Part shown: in pieces, positions 63,806 through 64,000 of the stretch
Numbering within the stretch: position 1 is the first letter of the stretch
Layout of the letters: each line of letters begins with the position of its first letter
Assembly (NCBI RefSeq): GCF_009834535.1
Contig: NC_045696.1
Coordinates: 27,778,001 to 27,842,000, forward strand
DNA: 64,000 nucleotides
Source of the DNA: Camelus ferus
Lineage: Eukaryota
Reading direction: 5' to 3'
Notes under the pieces: model-generated
What the model was told of the DNA's origin: nothing
Databases searched by the model: none
What the model saw: only the letters and a program-made list of their open reading frames with translations
Made by a program: the position numbers and the translations under genes

Positions 63806-64000
63806 TGCAGTCTGCATTTATGAGTCACAGAGCAGCTATTTAAAGTTACTTCAGAAAACTAGACACTTGAGGATGAGAAATGAAGACAAACGAAAGAAGA
63901 CATGAGGCTACTGAGTTACGTTAAACTGGGCAGCTTAAATTCACAGGCACTATTTGTAAAAGTCCTATTCCTTTTTTGTTTCTCTTTATCCTACCTAAAA

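Noticed and set aside
1..64000. CRISPR arrays, operons or other prokaryote-type systems; CpG-island promoter
   Set aside because: The sequence is mammalian, with no regularly spaced repeats, no gene-dense regions and no CpG island.

Overview
AT-rich, CpG-depleted mammalian genomic DNA, almost certainly from a camelid (camel/alpaca/llama lineage), because it carries two copies of the camelid tRNA-derived Vic-1 SINE alongside cetartiodactyl-type L1 3' ends. I can support no host protein-coding exon or RNA gene: the window reads as a large intron or intergenic DNA. Identifiable content is mostly transposon fossils: many L2 and MIR fragments, old and recent L1 3' ends, MaLR/ERV solo LTRs, MER3-, MER8- and MER102-like DNA elements, and one internally deleted class I ERV provirus (~31.9-34.3 kb) with recognisable integrase remnants. 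There are also microsatellites and one 100-N assembly gap. The only supplied ORF with real homology is the integrase remnant at 32456-32989. I did not find a convincing novel biological system. The best leads are the deleted provirus, a nested insertion stack, several strong inverted repeats, candidate recursive-splice or non-coding exon sites and candidate enhancer motif clusters. Repeat subfamily names come from recalled consensus sequences, and old-repeat boundaries are approximate.
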